DNA of 64,000 nt from Pigmentiphaga sp. GTDB taxonomy: Bacteria; Pseudomonadota; Gammaproteobacteria; Burkholderiales; Burkholderiaceae_B. Of the stretch, positions 58,944 through 64,000 are shown piece after piece. Each line of letters begins with the position of its first letter. Positions within the stretch are counted from its first letter, which is position 1. A program made the position numbers and the translations under genes. The notes under the pieces were generated by a model. The model was not told where the DNA came from. It saw nothing but the letters and a program-made list of their open reading frames with translations, and searched no databases. The stretch spans positions 6,153 to 70,152 of the forward strand of contig JBAYOI010000001.1 in the NCBI GenBank assembly GCA_041678365.1, in the 5' to 3' direction.

Positions 58944-60716
58944 ATGTTCAACGTTGATCGGCCCATTTCGGTCAGAGACGAAACCATGCAGTGGGGGAGC
59001 GATGTGGCCGCGGAAATGCTGCGGCGCGTGGGAATCAAGTATGTTGCCTTGAATCCGGGAGCCAGCTATCGGGGCTTCCACGACAGTTTGGTGAACTATC
59101 TGGGCAATACCGATCCGTCGCTACTGCTGTGCTTGCACGAAGACCACGTCATTTCCATTGCCCATGGCTATGCCAAGGCCACGGATGAGCCCATGGGCGC
59201 GGTGCTGCACAGCAATGTGGGGCTGATGCATGGATCCATGGCGATCTTCAATGCTTACTGTGACCGCATGCCGGTCTTCGTGCTGGGCGCCACCGGCCCG
59301 GGCGAACCTCAAAAACGCAGACCCTGGATCGACTGGATACACACGGCGAAGGACCAGGGCGCCTTGATTCGGGACTACATCAAGTGGGATGATGAACCTC
59401 GGTCCATTGAAGGCATTCCCGATGCCTTCTTCCGAGCCAGCCAACTGACGCGGACGGAGCCGATGGCCCCGGTGTATATCTGCCTGGATGCCGGTCTCCA
59501 GGAAACAGCGCTGGTCCAGGCCCCCTCCATTCCCGATACCCGGCGCTACCAGCCGGCCACCCGCCCCCACGCAAGCCCCCATGAAATAGAAAACCTGACC
59601 CAGGCCCTCCTTGCCTCATCAAGACCGCTCATCCTGGTCGGCCGCGGCTCGCGAAGCCAGGCGGATTGGGCGCGGAGAGTCGAACTGGCCGAGCTGCTGG
59701 GCGCTTCCGTCATGACCTCCATTCGGGACCGGTGCGTCTTCCCGACCGAACATGGACTGGCCGCCGCGCCGCCCGTCTACTGGCTGGACGACCACGCCAA
59801 AACGCTGGTACGCAATGCCGATTTGATCCTGAGCCTGGACTGGGTGGACTTGAAAGGCACTTTGCTGCAAGCCTTTGACAGCGTGGAAAGCATTACGCCC
59901 ACGCTTGTTCACGCCTCGCTGGACAGCCATCTGCATCGCGGTTGGAGCATGGACTACTTCGGGCTGCCGCCTGCCGATACCTTGCTGCACACCAGTCCGG
60001 ATGCGCTGGTTGAGCAGCTTGTCACGGCCTTGCGCGGCGCATTGGCCCAAGCCCGCTGGGATGGGGTGAGCCGGAACCGGGCGCCAACGCCGCAATACAG
60101 CGAGCAGGCCGCCACCCGGATCGCGCCCAATGATATTGAGGTGGCGCTGCAAAAGTTGAGAAAAGACCGCCCGCTGACCTTGGCCCACGGGACCTATGGC
60201 TGGGCGGGCCATGTTTTTCATGCGAGAGGCCCGCTGGACTTCCTGGGCAGCGACGGTGGCGCTGGCTTGAGCGCCGGTCCGGGCTTGTCAGTGGGAGCGG
60301 CGCTCGCCTTGAAGGACAGCGGAAGAACGGTGGTGTCCGTCATGGGCGACGGGGATTATCTGCAGGGCGTCACCGCCTTGTGGACTGCCGCCCGCTATGG
60401 ACTGTCGCTGCTCATCATCGTGTCGAACAACCGCTCCAACTTCAGCGATGAAATGCACCAGGAAACCGTGGCGAAGGTGCGCGGACGGCCGGTTGAAAAC
60501 CGTTGGATCGGTCAAAGGATCGAGGATCCGGAAGTCGATCTGGTTGCCATGGCCCGCGCACAAGGGGTGCATGGCGCGGAAACCGTCACCACGGTACCCG
60601 AGCTTGAACAAGCCATCCAGAGGGGGTTGGACGCCACGGATCGCGGGGAGCTTTATTTCATCGATGCGCGGGTCGTGCCCGGCTATGCCATTACCCCGCT
60701 GTCACGGGGCAAGTAA
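58944..60716 (+). CDS. ThDP-dependent enzyme (benzoylformate decarboxylase / ALS superfamily)
   Basis: NPGASYRG, LHED and GDGDYLQG...VSNN motifs. Confidence 0.88.
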   Translation: MFNVDRPISVRDETMQWGSDVAAEMLRRVGIKYVALNPGASYRGFHDSLVNYLGNTDPSLLLCLHEDHVISIAHGYAKATDEPMGAVLHSNVGLMHGSMAIFNAYCDRMPVFVLGATGPGEPQKRRPWIDWIHTAKDQGALIRDYIKWDDEPRSIEGIPDAFFRASQLTRTEPMAPVYICLDAGLQETALVQAPSIPDTRRYQPATRPHASPHEIENLTQALLASSRPLILVGRGSRSQADWARRVELAELLGASVMTSIRDRCVFPTEHGLAAAPPVYWLDDHAKTLVRNADLILSLDWVDLKGTLLQAFDSVESITPTLVHASLDSHLHRGWSMDYFGLPPADTLLHTSPDALVEQLVTALRGALAQARWDGVSRNRAPTPQYSEQAATRIAPNDIEVALQKLRKDRPLTLAHGTYGWAGHVFHARGPLDFLGSDGGAGLSAGPGLSVGAALALKDSGRTVVSVMGDGDYLQGVTALWTAARYGLSLLIIVSNNRSNFSDEMHQETVAKVRGRPVENRWIGQRIEDPEVDLVAMARAQGVHGAETVTTVPELEQAIQRGLDATDRGELYFIDARVVPGYAITPLSRGK

Positions 60717-60747
60717 ACACGTGGAAATCCACATTAAGGAGTTCATC

Positions 60748-61746
60748 ATGAACCAATTGAAGAGCAAAGCCAGAACAGGCTTTCGGTTTGCGCTGGTCGG
60801 CCTGGTTGCACAAGCGGGCATGACGTTTTCTCAGCAAGCGCCCGCTTCACAGCAATTTCCCGACAAACCGGTCACGCTTGTCGTTCCTTACGGCCCTGGC
60901 GGCGTCGTGGATATTTCCGCGCGCGCCCTGGCGGAAGGCCTGTCCAAACAGTGGGGACAGACCGTCGTGGTGGAAAACCGGGCAGGGGCTTCCGGCGTCA
61001 TTGGCACCTCGACCGTGGCCCGCGCCGCCGGGAATGGCTATACCCTGCTTTGTGTTGATGACGGGGTGCTGGTTTCCCTGCCGCACTTCAACAAGGACCT
61101 GCCTTATGACACCATGAAGGACCTGCAGCCGGTTTCAATGATAGGCGGCTATCCGTATGTGTTTTATGCGCATGCGCAGACCGGCCTGAACTCGGTGCAG
61201 ACCCTGCTTGCTGAAGCCCGTACCAAGCCGGGCTCCATCACCTTCGGAACGAACGGCGTGGGCGGCATTCAACATTTGGCGGTTGAGCGTTTTCTCCGCC
61301 AGGCGAATATAAAAATGAACCACATCCCCTATAAAAGCGCGGCGCCCGCCTTGCAGGATGTGGTGGGCGGCCAGATCAATACCGCCATTGTTGCGCTGGC
61401 CACGGGCAGCCCTTTCCTGAAAGACGCCCGGCTCGTTCCCTTGATGGTGACCAGCAGGGAAAGAACGCCGCTGCGCGATGACGTGCCCACCGCCAAAGAG
61501 CTTGGTTTTGACGAATTCACCACCGAGAGCTGGCTGGCCATCTTCGCGCCGGGCAAAACGCCGCCCGAACTGGTAGAGAAAATTTCAGCCTCCATTGCGC
61601 AGGTTGTCCAGAGCCAGACCTACCGGGAGGCGCTTGAAAGCCGGGGCGCCTCGGCCGCCTACAAGAAACCCGATGAAATGAAGCAGCTCATTCAGACAGA
61701 GTTTGAGCGCAACAAGAAAGATATTGCCTCCTTCATCGCCCAGTAG
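60748..61746 (+). CDS. Bug/TctC substrate-binding protein
   Basis: Start MNQLKSK after AAGGAG; VPYGPGGVVD, ENRAGASG and HIPYKS. Confidence 0.9.
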   Translation: MNQLKSKARTGFRFALVGLVAQAGMTFSQQAPASQQFPDKPVTLVVPYGPGGVVDISARALAEGLSKQWGQTVVVENRAGASGVIGTSTVARAAGNGYTLLCVDDGVLVSLPHFNKDLPYDTMKDLQPVSMIGGYPYVFYAHAQTGLNSVQTLLAEARTKPGSITFGTNGVGGIQHLAVERFLRQANIKMNHIPYKSAAPALQDVVGGQINTAIVALATGSPFLKDARLVPLMVTSRERTPLRDDVPTAKELGFDEFTTESWLAIFAPGKTPPELVEKISASIAQVVQSQTYREALESRGASAAYKKPDEMKQLIQTEFERNKKDIASFIAQ

Positions 61747-61774
61747 CCGACCCCGCCACGCCACTGCTTTATTC

Positions 61775-61900
61775 GTGAAGAACTCCGGCCGATACGGCCG
61801 GAGCTTCTCCGCCACCCTACGGGGGCACCTACGGTGCCCTGGTTAAAAATTGCCTCGCTTAACCTCGCCCTGAAGGGCGAGGCTTGCGCATAGGCCCGTG
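61775..61900 (-). mobile_element. 126-bp non-autonomous IS200/IS605-type element, copy 3
   Basis: TGAC at 61901-61904 (minus strand); same length and ends as copy 1; perfect 9-bp RE stem CTCCGGCCG-TAT-CGGCCGGAG then TTCTTCAC. Confidence 0.8.
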
Positions 61901-61916
61901 GTCAAAGAAGCCCATC

Positions 61917-63089
61917 ATGCGCAAACCCAATCTTGACGCGGTTCACAATATAGATGGACTCGCCTTGCTTGCTCAGCGCCGCCTGCCCAGAGTCATCTTT
62001 GATTTTCTGGACGGCGGCGCTGAGCGTGAGGTGACCTTGAAGGCGAACCGCGCTGGGTTTGACCAATGGCAGTTGCTTCCCGAAGTCTTGAAAGGCAACG
62101 CCAGCCGCACGATTTCCGTTACGCTGTTTGGCCATGAAATGCAAACGCCGTTCCTGGTCGCGCCAACCGGGCTCAATGGCATCCTCTGGCCTCGGGGAGA
62201 CTCGCAACTTGCCCGCGCTTGCGCCCGCGGCGGCACGGGACTGTGCGTGTCCACCGCGTCCAATGAGTCTCTGGAAACCCTTGCCCAGGCAGGCAAGGGT
62301 TTGAAGCTCTTTCAGCTTTATACCTGGGGAAGCAGAGAAGACTGGCTGGCGCTGATGCGCCGGGCCGAACAGGCGGGCTACCACGGCTTGATCCTGACTG
62401 CCGACTCCTTGATTGCGGGCAATCGGGAACGGGACAAGCGCAACCGGTTTGCTCACGCCGTGACCCTGTCGCCAAGCACCCTCATTGACGGCCTGACCCA
62501 CCCTTCCTGGCTGTTCTCCACCTGGCTGCCTCACGGCATGCCCCGTCTTGAGAACATCGCGGACCGCCTGCCCGCGGGCAGCAGCGCTTATGAACTGGCC
62601 GCCTATGGACGAAAACAGCGCAGCGAAGGCCTATCCTGGGCGGACGTTGAATGGATTCGAAGCCAGTGGCGGGGGCCCTTGCTGATCAAGGGCATCTTGC
62701 GCGTCAGCGACGCCTTGATTGCCCAGCGCCTCGGCGCCGAGGGAATCGTCATTTCCAATCACGGTGGCCGCGCGCTGGACTCCGTCCCGGCAACCATTGA
62801 CCTCCTTCCCGAGATTGCTTCAGCGCTTGGCAAAGACATGACAGTCCTGATTGACAGCGGCTTCCGGCGCGGCACGGATATTGTCAAGGCCCTGGCCTTG
62901 GGCGCGGATGCCGTCTTGCTTGGAAGAGCGCCGCTGTACGGACTTGCCGCCGCCGGCGAACAAGGCGTTGCCAAAGCATTGACGCTGCTTGCATCCGAAG
63001 TGGAGCGCACATTGGGCCAATTGGGCTGCGCGTCGATTGCGGAACTCAACAGCGCGCACGTGAGACGATGCTTGCACGGCGGCCGCTGA
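61917..63089 (+). CDS. FMN-dependent alpha-hydroxy acid dehydrogenase (MdlB/LldD family)
   Basis: FLDGGA, APTG, FQLY, GNRERD, SNHGGR and DSGFRRGTD motifs. Confidence 0.92.
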   Translation: MRKPNLDAVHNIDGLALLAQRRLPRVIFDFLDGGAEREVTLKANRAGFDQWQLLPEVLKGNASRTISVTLFGHEMQTPFLVAPTGLNGILWPRGDSQLARACARGGTGLCVSTASNESLETLAQAGKGLKLFQLYTWGSREDWLALMRRAEQAGYHGLILTADSLIAGNRERDKRNRFAHAVTLSPSTLIDGLTHPSWLFSTWLPHGMPRLENIADRLPAGSSAYELAAYGRKQRSEGLSWADVEWIRSQWRGPLLIKGILRVSDALIAQRLGAEGIVISNHGGRALDSVPATIDLLPEIASALGKDMTVLIDSGFRRGTDIVKALALGADAVLLGRAPLYGLAAAGEQGVAKALTLLASEVERTLGQLGCASIAELNSAHVRRCLHGGR

Positions 63090-63103
63090 AGCACAACGTT
63101 TAT

Positions 63104-63880
63104 TCAATTGAACCCGTATTGTTTCAAGATGGCCTGCCCCCGCTCGCTCATGACCAGGTCCACGAAACGCTGCCCGTGCGTTGAATCAGGATGAGCGCCA
63201 ATACCATAGTTGCTGCGCACGTTCAACGCATCCGGAATCCGAATGATGACCAAGTCCTTGACGGACTGCTTCGTCATCATCGCATTGGTGCAATACATGA
63301 TGTAGGCGTCCGCCTTGTCCGCCTCAAATGCCGTCACGTAGGGCAGCTTTTCCCCGGGGGCGGGCGTCGTGGCGCCCGACAATTTCATCGCTTTGTTGTC
63401 AAAAATGCCATACAACCCTGCTTTGGCCTGATCCGCTTTTTTGAAGAACTGCCAGGTGTAATCGCCCATCGGATCCGAGACTGGCGTCGAGGTGGCCAGG
63501 CGTAGAGCGGGCTGAGCCAGGGCCTCGAGCAAATTGGACTCCGTCACGCCCGCGGCAGGCGTTGACGCCACGCATAACTCGTTATGCGTAAACAGCAGCG
63601 AAGAGGCCAGCAGTCCCTTGTCCGCCAGGATGTTGGTGTGTTCGATGGACGCCGACGCGAATACATCCATGCGACGCCCGCCTTCAATGTCTCCACGCAA
63701 CTTTCCGGAGGGTCCGTAAGCGGCGTTCACGCTCACGCCGCTCTCTTGTTCAAAAAGCTGCTTCATCGCATTCATCGCATCGCGCAAACTGCCGGCGGCA
63801 AGCAGCTGCATCGGACCCGAAGCAGTCGACTGAGGCTGGACGGCCGTGTCCAGGGCCATGGAAGCGGCCTGCGTCAGCAT
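63104..63880 (-). CDS. ModA-like oxyanion/solute-binding protein (N-terminus possibly frameshifted)
   Basis: AAGSL, YGPSGKL, DVFASA and STPVSDPMGDY motifs; no convincing signal peptide. Confidence 0.75.
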   Translation of the reverse strand: MLTQAASMALDTAVQPQSTASGPMQLLAAGSLRDAMNAMKQLFEQESGVSVNAAYGPSGKLRGDIEGGRRMDVFASASIEHTNILADKGLLASSLLFTHNELCVASTPAAGVTESNLLEALAQPALRLATSTPVSDPMGDYTWQFFKKADQAKAGLYGIFDNKAMKLSGATTPAPGEKLPYVTAFEADKADAYIMYCTNAMMTKQSVKDLVIIRIPDALNVRSNYGIGAHPDSTHGQRFVDLVMSERGQAILKQYGFN

Positions 63881-64000
63881 TGTTGACGATGAAAGACGGT
63901 CGACATGGCCCCACCTCCGGAACGTTTTCCATGGTCTGAATGTAGACCAAAATACGATGACCCCAACAGCGTAATGAGCTATTGCGAAGGCGTCTATAGT

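Noticed and set aside
48860-64000. Apparent lower-GC genomic island
   Set aside because: Impression only; no integrase, tRNA or att repeat seen, and a GC/codon-usage computation is needed.

Overview
GC-rich betaproteobacterial chromosome segment. Seven Bug/TctC solute receptors, tcuRAB, nagGH and an SdhR-like box point to Burkholderiales, probably Alcaligenaceae (inference). It is mostly a mosaic of catabolic modules: a ComDE-like ThDP decarboxylase/CoA-ligase operon, a VOC/FAH/OYE cluster, acnB back-to-back with tcuRAB, two FAD monooxygenases, a reductase-less salicylate 5-hydroxylase, a Mo-hydroxylase operon and a mandelate-like operon. It also carries a Fur-boxed siderophore uptake locus and a metE-metR-queH module. 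The most notable observations are: (i) three ~125-bp non-autonomous IS200/IS605-type elements whose ends follow the TnpA guide/cleavage pairing rule (CAAG/TGAC, GAAG/TCAC), two of them sitting on gene stop codons and all sharing a covarying internal hairpin; (ii) an uncharacterised membrane protein + GTPase pair (DUF2868/DUF3482-like) in which the membrane partner appears to carry a degenerate copy of the G-domain, next to an unannotated 44-aa membrane peptide with a sequestered RBS; (iii) a 5'-truncated Rpn nuclease that keeps a candidate internal antitoxin start. I saw no rRNA, tRNA or CRISPR array. All family calls come from motif recognition by eye, not from database searches.
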